This document shows, in pieces, positions 48,348 through 57,978 of a stretch of DNA of 64,000 nucleotides. A program made the translations under genes and the position numbers. Origin of the DNA: Candidatus Binatia bacterium (GTDB lineage Bacteria > Desulfobacterota > Binatia > Bin18); contig OY761159.2 in assembly GCA_963664395.2 (NCBI GenBank), positions 3,776,001 through 3,840,000 on the forward strand, given 5' to 3'. Every line of letters starts with the position of its first letter. Position 1 is the first letter of the stretch. The notes below the pieces were generated by a model, which worked only from the letters and a program-made list of their open reading frames with translations, was not told the origin of the DNA and searched no databases.

Positions 48348-50309
48348 TTACTCCCCTAGAGCATGAAATTTCTCTACATAGAGCAGGACTGCCCAAACAA
48401 ATGCCGAGTGACTCCAGGTGAGCGGGGATACTGAAAGGGTATCCCCTTTTATGGGATGTACCTGCTCGGCCAGTACCCCTGAAGGAAGCGCATTCTTCGC
48501 GCACCATTCAAGGTACGGGAGCGCTTCGTGCAGTTGCTGAAGATTCTCTGTCCGCATGATTTCATATTCTCCTAACCAGAGCGTCGAGATAAACCAGGGA
48601 TTACCGGGAACATCCTGCGGAACGTCATGCGCCCGTTGATACTGGTTATTCTGATAGCGCGCGACCCCCCCGATTGGAGTATGCGACAAGAGATTGCGCC
48701 GGATGGCCTCGACCGTCTTAACGACCCGGGCATCCCTCGGAGGTAACACGCCGAAAGTCACCAGTCCGAGCAGGCTGACGTCAATGACTTCGTCAAGTAC
48801 ATAGCCGTTCGCAGTGCGGTACCCCGAGCGGGCATATCTTTGATACTCGGCATGGTACAGATGCTCGACAATGCCCTCCGTCATGTGATCGGCTACAGCG
48901 TTATACGCCTCCGCGCGGGACGAATCCTGAAACACGCTTGCAAAATGTGCTGCCCCGCGGAGGCCACTGATGACCGCCGCGACGGTATACGTGTGGACGC
49001 CGTACCGCTCTTCCCACAGGTCGTAGGAAGGCGTAGGCAAAAGAGTCTCCGCATCTCGATACGCAACCAGAAAATCTGCACATTTGAGAATAAATGTCTC
49101 GTACAGGGGACGGATGAACTCAATATCCTTTGAGCACTCGTAGTGAATCCAGAGGGCCCACAACAGCAATGCCGTCGAGTCTTCCTGGATGGGTAAAACC
49201 TCTTTGCCATCTAACACCCACGCATGCCAATTGCTGGCCAGCGACCCGTCCGGGTTATAGTGTTGAAAGAGATAGCCGCCTTCTGCAAGCGCCCGGCTAC
49301 AAAAGTTGAAGAATTGCCTACACAGCTCGGCATAGCCGGCCTTCTCCAGCGCGGCCGCGACAAAGGCGCCATCGCGGCCCCACATATAGGAATACGTGTC
49401 TCCGCCAAACCGCACGATGTCCGAATCATTGGCCGCGATAATGGCGCCCCGGTTGTCGATCTGAGAGCGTAAGACGAGCAGGCTGCGGTTGAAGATATGG
49501 GTAACGGTCGGTGGCAAGTCTCCAAAAGGGCGCGCTTCTTTTTGGACCCAGGCCCGCCAGTAGTTTGACGTTCGCTCAATCAGTGCTGGCGGTGTGTGTT
49601 CGACAACACGCCTATTGAGATCTGCCACTTCGTCGTAGTGCGTGCCGGCGGCCAGCCAGTAAAATGCGCTGCCGTTTCCCCCCGGAGGGAGTGCTAACTG
49701 TGCCCCAACAGTAGACTCGGCATATCCCCAAGCAATCGGACTCCCGACGAGTTCGCCATCTTCCGCGTCTTTCCAGGAAGAGGGCCTTCCTGCCGCGTCC
49801 TTCACGCCGCAGGAGAAATAATCGGCTACTTTACTTACCGCTGTACAACAATTGGCGAGGAAATAGCGGTTGAGCTTGTAGTGGATAATGGACTCGGTCC
49901 GCGGATCAAAATACGCTGTATCACCGATCTCGTGACCATACAGGTGAAAGTCATGGCTAAAAAAAAGCCGGACGTCTCGAGCGCGCTCCGCCAAATCTAT
50001 GACCTGGATATGCTTGACATACACATTCAGCTGGAAATCAACAGCATCCTGACAGCGTAGCGCTAAGCCTAACCTCTCGTGTTTCAGAAAGGTCTCGGTT
50101 ACGAGGCTATCATCTCGATACCGGAGGTCTTTTTCCCACTCCGGTCCCATCCAGGCGAAGCAACCATCTACCCAAATGCCGAATCGAAACTCATGGCCCT
50201 GCGTATGATTCTCTTGCCCTATCCAGGGAAAGTAGATGTCACGGATGCGGTAATCCAGGTCAAAATTGACCAGAAGATTTCCGTTGCTGACCGGAATGTC
50301 TCTGGGCAT
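48348..50309 (-). CDS. Glycoside hydrolase family 15 (glucoamylase/trehalase-like)
   Basis: GAIIAA, YSYMWGRDG, QEDST, DLWEE, GVLAEQV, PLTWSH. Confidence 0.92.
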   Translation of the reverse strand: MPRDIPVSNGNLLVNFDLDYRIRDIYFPWIGQENHTQGHEFRFGIWVDGCFAWMGPEWEKDLRYRDDSLVTETFLKHERLGLALRCQDAVDFQLNVYVKHIQVIDLAERARDVRLFFSHDFHLYGHEIGDTAYFDPRTESIIHYKLNRYFLANCCTAVSKVADYFSCGVKDAAGRPSSWKDAEDGELVGSPIAWGYAESTVGAQLALPPGGNGSAFYWLAAGTHYDEVADLNRRVVEHTPPALIERTSNYWRAWVQKEARPFGDLPPTVTHIFNRSLLVLRSQIDNRGAIIAANDSDIVRFGGDTYSYMWGRDGAFVAAALEKAGYAELCRQFFNFCSRALAEGGYLFQHYNPDGSLASNWHAWVLDGKEVLPIQEDSTALLLWALWIHYECSKDIEFIRPLYETFILKCADFLVAYRDAETLLPTPSYDLWEERYGVHTYTVAAVISGLRGAAHFASVFQDSSRAEAYNAVADHMTEGIVEHLYHAEYQRYARSGYRTANGYVLDEVIDVSLLGLVTFGVLPPRDARVVKTVEAIRRNLLSHTPIGGVARYQNNQYQRAHDVPQDVPGNPWFISTLWLGEYEIMRTENLQQLHEALPYLEWCAKNALPSGVLAEQVHPIKGDTLSVSPLTWSHSAFVWAVLLYVEKFHALGE

Positions 50310-50316
50310 GACTTCC

Positions 50317-51555
50317 TTACGGGGTGAGGTGCCACTGACGGAGTGGCACATTGAGTGCCAAGGGCTGTCCGACCGAGCTAAACACGGGTCTGGGGGCGAG
50401 TTGCTCATACAAGGCGGCGTACCCCTCGGCCATTCTTTGAATGGAAAAATATGTTTTGACGTGCCTCCGACAATTCCAACGATTAATCTGTTCGATGCGT
50501 CCGACCGCCTGCACCATAGCCTCGACTGAATCCACGACAAACCCGGTCTCTCCATGTTTCACGATCTCAGGAACAGAGCCTTCGCCGAACGCCAGGACGG
50601 GGGTGCCAGACGCCATTGATTCAATCAAGACGAGCCCAAAAGGCTCACCCCAGCGGATCGGGAATAGGGTTGCCTGTGCGTGCCGATACCAGTGCTTCGT
50701 CGCCGCAGTGTCGAGTTCTCCAATATAGATAATCTGTTTGTCAGAGGACAGGAGCGGCTTCATCACCCTGTCGTAATAGTCGCCATTTACAGGCTGTTGG
50801 CCAACGTCAACAGTAAGATCAATCGAGTGCTGCAAACGCGTAAAAAAGGCCCTGTCTTCTTTCTTGTTCTGGACGCAGCCGGCAAGGATCAGCTTTGCTC
50901 CAGACTGTTTCGCCACTGCTATGGCGAGATCCTGTCCCTTGACCTCGGCGATCCGTCCAATGCTGAAAAGATAATTCCCCCTATTCGATTCTTTTTTGAA
51001 TAAATAGTCTTCCACGTCTATCCCGTGCGGGACGGTTTTCGTCACCGGCAGCAGGCCAGTATACTGCCGTCTCTGATAATCGCTTATCGCAACGCAATGC
51101 AGCAAAGGGCGCGGCAATGGACCGGGGTGCTGCTCATGGAACTCAGGGACACCGCTGTACTGACCGGGTACGTGCAGAGTCATCACGATGGGCACGGGCG
51201 AATGAAAGCTGCCCGTGTACACGCGATTAAACCATTCGTGCATATGTATGATGTCGATGTCACCCATCTGCGCGCGCGCCAACGCCTGTGAGAGATGGCG
51301 ATCAACCAGAGCCTGTCCCTCCGGGGTATCTACGTGGCAATAGTTGCCAAGGCTGTGCGCAACGGTCTCGTACTTTTCACCGGTCACTGTAGACTCTGCA
51401 GAGCACGCCACGATTGACCGGTGTCCAAGGGCATGAAGACCTTTATCAATATTGTAAATGACTGCTTCTATAGGGCCATAACCGCTCTGGGACGTAATCG
51501 GCTTACTGAGGGTCGCCACGTGCAGAATAGTGAACCGTTTCGATGCTGCGGGCAT
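50317..51555 (-). CDS. Glycosyltransferase family 4
   Basis: GYGPIE, GRIAEVKG, EPFGLVLIESMASGTPV. Confidence 0.92.
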   Translation of the reverse strand: MPAASKRFTILHVATLSKPITSQSGYGPIEAVIYNIDKGLHALGHRSIVACSAESTVTGEKYETVAHSLGNYCHVDTPEGQALVDRHLSQALARAQMGDIDIIHMHEWFNRVYTGSFHSPVPIVMTLHVPGQYSGVPEFHEQHPGPLPRPLLHCVAISDYQRRQYTGLLPVTKTVPHGIDVEDYLFKKESNRGNYLFSIGRIAEVKGQDLAIAVAKQSGAKLILAGCVQNKKEDRAFFTRLQHSIDLTVDVGQQPVNGDYYDRVMKPLLSSDKQIIYIGELDTAATKHWYRHAQATLFPIRWGEPFGLVLIESMASGTPVLAFGEGSVPEIVKHGETGFVVDSVEAMVQAVGRIEQINRWNCRRHVKTYFSIQRMAEGYAALYEQLAPRPVFSSVGQPLALNVPLRQWHLTP

Positions 51556-51879
51556 ACTTTTGCTATCCTCCTACCGCTCGATATGAGCGCGTCGTTGTCA
51601 GGGGTTTCCGCTTCAGTTCTGGCACGCACGACGAGAAGGGGCTGGTCGCTTTGCGCCACTATCCCTGTGGGTCCGCCCATACGGGAATGTCATTGCTCTC
51701 CCCGCGGAGAGGGTTCCAATGGGGTTGTCGACTCTGGGGTTGTCGACTCTGGTGTTCTCGCCACCCGGTCTGTTATGACCGTCTCCGGCGGTGAACGGTT
51801 TAGGACAAGAGCGGAACACCCGGGTTGGGGCGCAGCGTAAGACATATTTTTACGCTGCACGTCGTTTGTCTTAGTGTGG

Positions 51880-52167
51880 TCAGAATGAGAGGGTTCCCGT
51901 CGGGAGCGGGGAGTACAAGCTGAGCTCACTCCGTGTCACGTTCACGAGCGCCACAAGGAGTAACCATCCCCACCGCTGGCCTGAAGCGCCATCGCGGTCC
52001 AGTGGTCCTGCTCCGTCAGCGAGCAGCTCAACTGTGGCGAGAGCCTGACGTAACCGGAGACCGGCTGTTTGTATAACGGTTTTGTCATTTCTCGACCCGC
52101 GCGCCTGACGGAACCGGTCGAGTTCTTCACGGAGAGAAACCACTCGGGACAGAAAATCTTCTGTCAT
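51880..52167 (-). CDS. Hypothetical protein (95 aa)
   Basis: AAAGGTGG RBS; MTEDFLSRVVSLREEL N-terminus resembles that of the 47905 ORF. Confidence 0.5.
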   Translation of the reverse strand: MTEDFLSRVVSLREELDRFRQARGSRNDKTVIQTAGLRLRQALATVELLADGAGPLDRDGASGQRWGWLLLVALVNVTRSELSLYSPLPTGTLSF

Positions 52168-52328
52168 ACCTACCACCTTTCTTAAGTGAAGGACGCCTGC
52201 GGGCCGCGAGGTGTCAGCCACTGGTAAGCAACAATGGATGATAGGTACGTATGGGATGGGAAACGTATGGGGTACGGACCGTCCAAGGCTGGTAGGAGCA
52301 CCCTCGTCTCAATACGCCTGCTTGTCAA
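52120..52328 (-). promoter_or_regulatory. Conserved promoter/leader module, diverged copy D
   Basis: TTGACA(52328-52323)-N17-GAGGGT; CCAGCCTTGGACG; TATCATCCATTGTTG..TGACACCTC. Confidence 0.55.
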
Positions 52329-52429
52329 GCGACACAAAAGATTTTCTCAGATAGGAGAATACTTATGGGAGAGATGTTCATCTTATATCGGGTACAGCTA
52401 TCACTTTATACGATATTTTAAGAGTCGCC

Positions 52430-52620
52430 TTGACACGGCGACGGCTCAGGCGGAGAGTGGTTAAGCCAACCCTGGGTGATCCCGGCTTACATCTTTTCCC
52501 GTCACACTAAGCAGCTATCTTCCATTGTTGACCGGTTTTTGACTCCTCACCGTGTGGAGGTGTCGCTTTCTCCGACACGGAGGTCCGGTCATGTCCGTCA
52601 ACGCTCTGTCCAAAGCGCAT
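52430..52620 (+). promoter_or_regulatory. Conserved promoter/leader module, copy A
   Basis: TTGACA(52430)-N17-GAGAGT; CACTAAGCAGCTATCTTCCATTGTTGACCGGTTTTTGACTCCTCACCGTGTGGAGG. Confidence 0.75.
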
Positions 52621-52671
52621 AATGGGGTGCCCCCTCTGGCGCGTGCTCTTCCTGATCTGGCTCTCCTCTAA
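52591..52671 (+). CDS. Putative leader peptide (26 aa)
   Basis: GGAGG-N7-ATG; MSVNALSKAHNGVPPLARALPDLALL*. Confidence 0.4.
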   Translation: MSVNALSKAHNGVPPLARALPDLALL

Positions 52672-52917
52672 TGACTCCGGCTAGCTCCTGTAGAGGTACA
52701 CTATGTCTATCCCGACTATGCTGTTCGCGAGCTGGCGATATTTCCGGGCAAAATTCAACCTGGATGACCACCAAAAGTGTAGCCGCACGTACTGCGCCAG
52801 AGGGCCTGCATTGACATTATTTCATCGCTGCATGCCACGGGAGAAAATCCGTGCCGAGAAAGCGACCTCTGAAACGACAGCAGTGTTGAATGGTTTTTCA
52901 CTTTGGGAGACACTAGC

Positions 52918-53238
52918 ATGAACGAGGGAGAGGCAGGATTATTTGTGGGGATAAAAATCTCACCGCGGCTACAGAGGGAGTTGGATAACTGTAACCGTGG
53001 GACCGAGCGCTACCTCAAAGAGGGTCAGCCCGAGGCGCTCAAGATTGTGACTCTGGGGAGGGACAAGCTTATTGGCCGGTTCTTGCGAGACGGATTCCCC
53101 GTTAGTGGCCTCGATAATGTCAGTCGTAATGTTCGCAGCGTCGTCACACGCATGACTCAGGGGCTCCGGTTAGCGGAGGATGCCGTCTGTATATACGCCG
53201 ACTCCACCGTTCCTCTATCACCTTTGGGACACGAGTAA
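52918..53238 (+). CDS. Hypothetical protein
   Basis: GGGAG RBS; 5 nt upstream of the stomatin gene. Confidence 0.6.
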   Translation: MNEGEAGLFVGIKISPRLQRELDNCNRGTERYLKEGQPEALKIVTLGRDKLIGRFLRDGFPVSGLDNVSRNVRSVVTRMTQGLRLAEDAVCIYADSTVPLSPLGHE

Positions 53239-53243
53239 CCGAT

Positions 53244-54038
53244 ATGTTCGGCATAGGGCCACTCGTAATATTCTTGGTCATCGCGGTCGGATTACTGATT
53301 GGCGGGGTGAAGATTCTCCAGGAGTATGAGCGCGCGGTTATTTTCCGCCTTGGACGGTTCGTGCCCTACCGCGGACCTGGGATTATCTACGTGATCCCCC
53401 TCGTGGAGCGCATGGTCAGAGTAGACTTGCGCACCATCACCATGGACACCCCTCCGCAGGACGTGATCACCCGTGATAATGTCTCGGTCGAGGTGAACGC
53501 GGTGCTCTACTTTCGGGTGCTTGATCCGGGCAAAGCGATCGTAGAAATCGAGAACTATCTCTTTGCCACTGCGCAGTTGGCGCAAACCACTCTGCGCAGT
53601 GTGTGCGGTCAGGCGCAGCTCGACGATCTACTGACGAACCGCGATAAGATTAACGCCCAACTACAGGATATTATTGATTCCCAGACCGACCCCTGGGGAG
53701 TGAAGGTGTCTCTGGTCGAGGTCAAGAATATTGACTTGCACCAGGACATGCAGCGGGTGATTGCCAGACAAGCGGAGGCGGAACGCGAACGCCGGGCCAA
53801 GGTCATCAACGCTGAGGGAGAATTCCAGGCGGCGCAACGGTTGGCCGACGCGGCACTGATCATCGAGCTGCACCCGGTTGCGCTCCAGTTGCGCTACCTC
53901 CAGACTCTCTCCGAAATCGCGACAAAGAATAACTCGACCATCCTGTTCCCTATACCAATTGATGTGCTTCGGCCTTTTCTTGGTAGCCTGGGCGGATCGT
54001 CATCACCCGGCGACTCGACCGATAGTGCAACCACGTAA
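53244..54038 (+). CDS. Slipin/stomatin (SPFH) family protein
   Basis: [50 protein letters not shown]. Confidence 0.95.
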   Translation: MFGIGPLVIFLVIAVGLLIGGVKILQEYERAVIFRLGRFVPYRGPGIIYVIPLVERMVRVDLRTITMDTPPQDVITRDNVSVEVNAVLYFRVLDPGKAIVEIENYLFATAQLAQTTLRSVCGQAQLDDLLTNRDKINAQLQDIIDSQTDPWGVKVSLVEVKNIDLHQDMQRVIARQAEAERERRAKVINAEGEFQAAQRLADAALIIELHPVALQLRYLQTLSEIATKNNSTILFPIPIDVLRPFLGSLGGSSSPGDSTDSATT

Positions 54039-54067
54039 AGCATTCCCCCTTATTAATGCGCCGTAGT

Positions 54068-54180
54068 GAAGCGTCCACTGTTTGAAAAGAAATTTGTCCC
54101 CCTGGTTCAGCTTGGTCTTCTGGGGCGTATTGGTCTCTTAGGGGAAGCAGGCCCAGAAGCGTCCACTGTTTGAAAAGAAA
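54068..54180. repeat. Perfect 25-bp direct repeat pair (63-bp spacer) abutting the tRNA 3' end
   Basis: GAAGCGTCCACTGTTTGAAAAGAAA at 54068 and 54156. Confidence 0.85.
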
Positions 54181-54182
54181 AG

Positions 54183-54255
<73 letters not shown>

Positions 54256-54312
54256 ACAGGAAAGATATCTGGCAGGTCGGATGGGTAGGGGGCTGCCAGA
54301 AGAATTCCGAAC

Positions 54313-54341
54313 AGGCTAGCAGTCGCTTTTAGGCTTTGCAA
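54313..54341 (-). promoter_or_regulatory. Putative sigma70 promoter of tRNA-Ala
   Basis: TTGCAA-N17-TAGCCT with TG extension. Confidence 0.55.
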
Positions 54342-54395
54342 GGGTGAACAAAGCACCCTTGGGAGTGGAATTTGAGGGCGCTTTTGGAAGAAAGG

Positions 54396-55607
54396 TTAGA
54401 CGAGGCCGACTTCCAAGTAGGTGAGTATCCCGCGCAGGCCGGAGGCATCGAAACGAGCGTTGAGGCGAGAGCGGAAAATAAAGTGATAAAAACCATCGTC
54501 GGATTTTGCTTCCGGCGGTGGATTTTCGTCCCACGCCCCCTGCTGGCAGGCGTCCAAAAGACTCTCATCAACCGCATAACTTCCAGAGCGGGTATGCAAG
54601 GTAACACCGCGCAGATCGCCCTTGTCGTCTAGCTTGGCTTGGATCTGAACGTAGTTGCGGGCTGCCACTACATCGTCAACCTGTAGATTGCGTCGCTGAC
54701 GAATCAAGAGATGCTGAAACACGCGTTGGGCAACCCGGCGGACAAACGGCGCAAAGCGACTCGCTTTGGTATTGAGAAAGGTGAGGTTGCCTTTGCGGAC
54801 GTCAGGCAGGTAGTCGAGGGTGCCGCGCGGTCCTGGCATGGTGAGGAAATTTTCGCGGGCCGGCGGTGGAGCCATGGCCAGGAGTTCATTGCCCGAGGGT
54901 GGGGTGCGCTGGGCTTCTTCTTCATCTTCGGCGTCGCCGTCTGTTGACAGCCAGCCTTTTGCCAATACGTCATCCGGCCGGGCAAAGAGTTGCGGCTTGG
55001 CTTTGCGCGCCTTGGGGTCGCCTTGCAGTGGCGAACGCTTGTGTTTGGCGTCCTTCAGCGCTTCTTCCAAGGGATTGTCAACCGGTGGTTTGCGACTGCG
55101 TCCCGGGGTGTTGAGGGCAAGCTGGGTCGGCTCTTTCTGGGCGACTGTGTCCGCCTTGTCGGGCGTCTGCTGTTTTTTTTCTTCGGGCGGCTTGGTCAGC
55201 GGTGTCCCGACTGCGACGGTCTGCTCTTTGACCGCGGTATTCCGATCGCTGAGAAAACGTGTCTTGTCTGGAACCTGCTCATTGACCTCATCTGGAACGC
55301 TGACGATCTGTTGTTCTGGAACTGCCGGCGGTGGCTTTTGTTCCTCTTTGGGTTGTTCCTCTTTGGGTGGCTCTGGCTCTTTGACTTGTGGAGGAACCTG
55401 CGCGACTTGGGGCGGGGTGAGTGCCTCCGGAGGCAGCAACTCAACGGCCGTCAATTGTTCTTGCGGCGGCGCTTGGGCGCGTTTGAATTGGGGCCACAAC
55501 AGGAGCAGGATAAGATGGAGGAGGAGAGAGAACAGCAGGAAGAGCACGAGCGGGTCACGCTGTGCGGGACGGAGAAGTGTTGAGGCCGCAACCGACATTT
55601 GAGGCAT
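54396..55607 (-). CDS. TonB-like energy transducer family protein
   Basis: SLLLH TM motif, Pro/Glu/Lys-rich linker, C-terminal [14 protein letters not shown] domain. Confidence 0.7.
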   Translation of the reverse strand: MPQMSVAASTLLRPAQRDPLVLFLLFSLLLHLILLLLWPQFKRAQAPPQEQLTAVELLPPEALTPPQVAQVPPQVKEPEPPKEEQPKEEQKPPPAVPEQQIVSVPDEVNEQVPDKTRFLSDRNTAVKEQTVAVGTPLTKPPEEKKQQTPDKADTVAQKEPTQLALNTPGRSRKPPVDNPLEEALKDAKHKRSPLQGDPKARKAKPQLFARPDDVLAKGWLSTDGDAEDEEEAQRTPPSGNELLAMAPPPARENFLTMPGPRGTLDYLPDVRKGNLTFLNTKASRFAPFVRRVAQRVFQHLLIRQRRNLQVDDVVAARNYVQIQAKLDDKGDLRGVTLHTRSGSYAVDESLLDACQQGAWDENPPPEAKSDDGFYHFIFRSRLNARFDASGLRGILTYLEVGLV

Positions 55608-55695
55608 TCTAGCTGTCTGGAAGAAGGGCCGCAAGGAAACGCTGAGGCGTCTGGGTCTTGCTCGGCGGCGCGGGCCAGCTTATGGTGGGCATATT

Positions 55696-55896
55696 ATGTT
55701 TGGTCTTGGTGTTGGCGAACTGGCTATTATTCTCGTCATTGTCCTTATCATATTCGGGGCGGGGAAGCTGCCGGAGATAGGTGAGGGACTTGGCAAGGGC
55801 ATACGCAGCTTTCGAAAAGCCGTCAAAACCCCAGACGAAATAGACGTCACTCCCGAGCAGGGAGCAGGCGACGGACCCAGCGAAAAGCCTCAATAG
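55696..55896 (+). CDS. tatA: Twin-arginine translocase subunit TatA
   Basis: [35 protein letters not shown]. Confidence 0.95.
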   Translation: MFGLGVGELAIILVIVLIIFGAGKLPEIGEGLGKGIRSFRKAVKTPDEIDVTPEQGAGDGPSEKPQ

Positions 55897-57017
55897 GGCC
55901 GACCGAATTGAGCCGCGACAATACGGCTGCTAAATTCCACGACCTGCTCGGGCGGCTCGGTAAAAGTAATCAGAAAATCAACCCCTTCTCCTGCCGGGAC
56001 CCGGAATTGCTTAGGCGGCATGAGACTCTGTAATATCTGCACCTGCCGGCGCGTGAGACTTTCGAGCACTTCCGGTGCGGTCTCGGTCCCGCAGAAAATG
56101 TGTCGCTGTCCTAACGTCTTGCCGCTGACGCTGAGCAGCGTGCCTTCGATTTGAATACTCTGTACGGGAACGCCGGCTTGATTCACCGCCCTGCCTGCAA
56201 TAGCAAAGATCTGGTGCCCATCGTTTGTGTGCCAGAAGCTTCCCCGCATTTTTGTGAGGGCAATATGCCGTGCGGAAGGACGTTCGGCATCGAGTAGGGG
56301 ACCGAGTACAGGCACGTGGGAAAACACTGCCGCGGTCTCCTCCAAGTAAGAGAACGCGACAAAGGTACAGCCAGCATATCCGGCGACGATCAGGCCGAGG
56401 AGCAAGACGAGCAACTTCAGTGAAAAAACTGTCTCTCGCGGGGTTGGGGTTGGGAGGGGCGTAAGCTCAATTCTGCCTTCGTTGGTTTGGTCTTCGTCAA
56501 AGAAGGGTGTCTCGGTTGACGGAAAGTTATCCCGCTCTGGCTGCCTGGCCGGGTTGAAATGGTCTGTTTCTGCTCGTCTATTCGAGTGTGCAGACTGTGC
56601 GAAATCGGTTGAATCTGTCGCTTCTGCTGCTGCATCAGTGGCAAGGTCAGGGGATATGCTATCCGACCAGTCTTGATCAGCTTGCTCCCGCAGGTTTTGC
56701 TCAGCAGACAGATCAGAAACAGAAGGCTGCGTCGTAAGAGCGTCAGAAGAGGATAAGGAATTAGAAAACGTGAAGGCGGGATCATCAGCAGGAGCCTGAG
56801 CAGGAGCCTGAGCAGGAATCTGAGCGGGAACCTGAGAGAGTGTGGCTTCCGGCTCACTGTGTTGTTCTGGCAGGTGGTCTATTTGGACAACAGGCGGGAC
56901 AGACTGGAAAACATGCCCACAGTCTGCTTGCGAACATTCAAAAAACGTTGTTTCATCAACTGCCCCTGCCACCTCGGTCCGATAACGAGTATGGCAGGAA
57001 GGGCATTCCACAATCAC
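55890..57017 (-). CDS. Zinc-ribbon (MJ0042-type) / DUF3426 membrane protein
   Basis: [17 protein letters not shown], acidic linker, one TM segment, C-terminal periplasmic domain. Confidence 0.75.
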   Translation of the reverse strand: MIVECPSCHTRYRTEVAGAVDETTFFECSQADCGHVFQSVPPVVQIDHLPEQHSEPEATLSQVPAQIPAQAPAQAPADDPAFTFSNSLSSSDALTTQPSVSDLSAEQNLREQADQDWSDSISPDLATDAAAEATDSTDFAQSAHSNRRAETDHFNPARQPERDNFPSTETPFFDEDQTNEGRIELTPLPTPTPRETVFSLKLLVLLLGLIVAGYAGCTFVAFSYLEETAAVFSHVPVLGPLLDAERPSARHIALTKMRGSFWHTNDGHQIFAIAGRAVNQAGVPVQSIQIEGTLLSVSGKTLGQRHIFCGTETAPEVLESLTRRQVQILQSLMPPKQFRVPAGEGVDFLITFTEPPEQVVEFSSRIVAAQFGRPY

Positions 57018-57075
57018 ACGCCACCTCCTCAGGTCCATAGCGATTGTATGCACAAGTGAAGAAAAATCAAATATA

Positions 57076-57105
57076 TTGACGGCGAGTTGGAGAAAAAACT
57101 ATAAT
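57076..57105 (+). promoter_or_regulatory. Sigma70 promoter of plsC-rnj-ftsK-lolA
   Basis: TTGACG-N18-TATAAT. Confidence 0.65.
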
Positions 57106-57144
57106 GTTGGGACGATTAGTGGAGAGAGAAAAGAGGAGTAGTAT

Positions 57145-57978
57145 TTGAGCATCCTTGCCACACTACGCATGGCATTCATTGTCCTGCATACCATATTCTG
57201 GGGAGGTCTGATCTATATCCTCTCTTTTCTTGACTCCTATCCCTATGCTGAGCGTGCGGCCCGCCTCCTCCGATTCTGGGCAAAAGGAAATCTGTGGGTG
57301 TGCCGTGTGTCTGTCCGCGTGCAAGGCCTGAGTCAGCTGAACCCCCACTCGGCCTATCTTTTCATGTCCAATCACCAGAGCCAGTTTGATATACTCGCTC
57401 TCATGTCTGCCCTGGAAGATTTCCCCTTGCGTTGGGTTGCCAAGCATGAACTGCGCAAAGTGCCCATCTTAGGCGCGTGTATGCAGCGTACCCATCAAAT
57501 ATTGGTAGACCGAGGGAACCGGACCCAGACAGTTGCCACAGTGCGTAAGGTCAAGGAACTGCTCCGCGCTCATATCTCAGTATTGTTTTTCCCTGAGGGG
57601 ACGCGCGGAGAAAACGGTCGTCTCTTGCCGTTTAAGCCTGGCGGCTTTATGGCCGCAGTGGAAGCGGGGGTGCCGGTCGTCCCCATCACGATTAACGGCA
57701 GCCGGTCAATCCTACCATCCGGGGATTGGAAAGTCCGCCCTGGAGAAATTGAGATTGTCATTGGTACACCTATTCCGATTCATCGAGACGGCACGCGAAA
57801 GGCCGCCCGCACCGCTCTGTTGACGCAGGTCGAGGCGGCGATTGCGGCCCGGTTGAAAACCGATGAGTCCACTCCGGCGGCATACGCTGAGAGGTCGGCC
57901 GCCCTGCCGCAATCTGTACACCCGGCCCGTCTTTCTGAACAAGACGGGCGTGAGAGTGAGTATGGGGTGGCACGATGA
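57145..57978 (+). CDS. plsC: 1-acyl-sn-glycerol-3-phosphate acyltransferase
   Basis: NHQSQFD, FFPEGTR, PFKPG. Confidence 0.9.
   Translation: MSILATLRMAFIVLHTIFWGGLIYILSFLDSYPYAERAARLLRFWAKGNLWVCRVSVRVQGLSQLNPHSAYLFMSNHQSQFDILALMSALEDFPLRWVAKHELRKVPILGACMQRTHQILVDRGNRTQTVATVRKVKELLRAHISVLFFPEGTRGENGRLLPFKPGGFMAAVEAGVPVVPITINGSRSILPSGDWKVRPGEIEIVIGTPIPIHRDGTRKAARTALLTQVEAAIAARLKTDESTPAAYAERSAALPQSVHPARLSEQDGRESEYGVAR

Noticed and set aside
46140-52620. Repeated module as a MITE or IS end
   Set aside because: No terminal inverted repeats or target-site duplications seen, and all copies are oriented with and spaced to downstream genes.
52703-52921. 72-aa ORF between leader A and the stomatin operon
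   Set aside because: It has a GAGGT RBS and overlaps the next start, but shows no recognisable features; left uncalled.
54068-54180. Mini-CRISPR
   Set aside because: Only two non-palindromic repeats, a 63-bp spacer and no cas genes.
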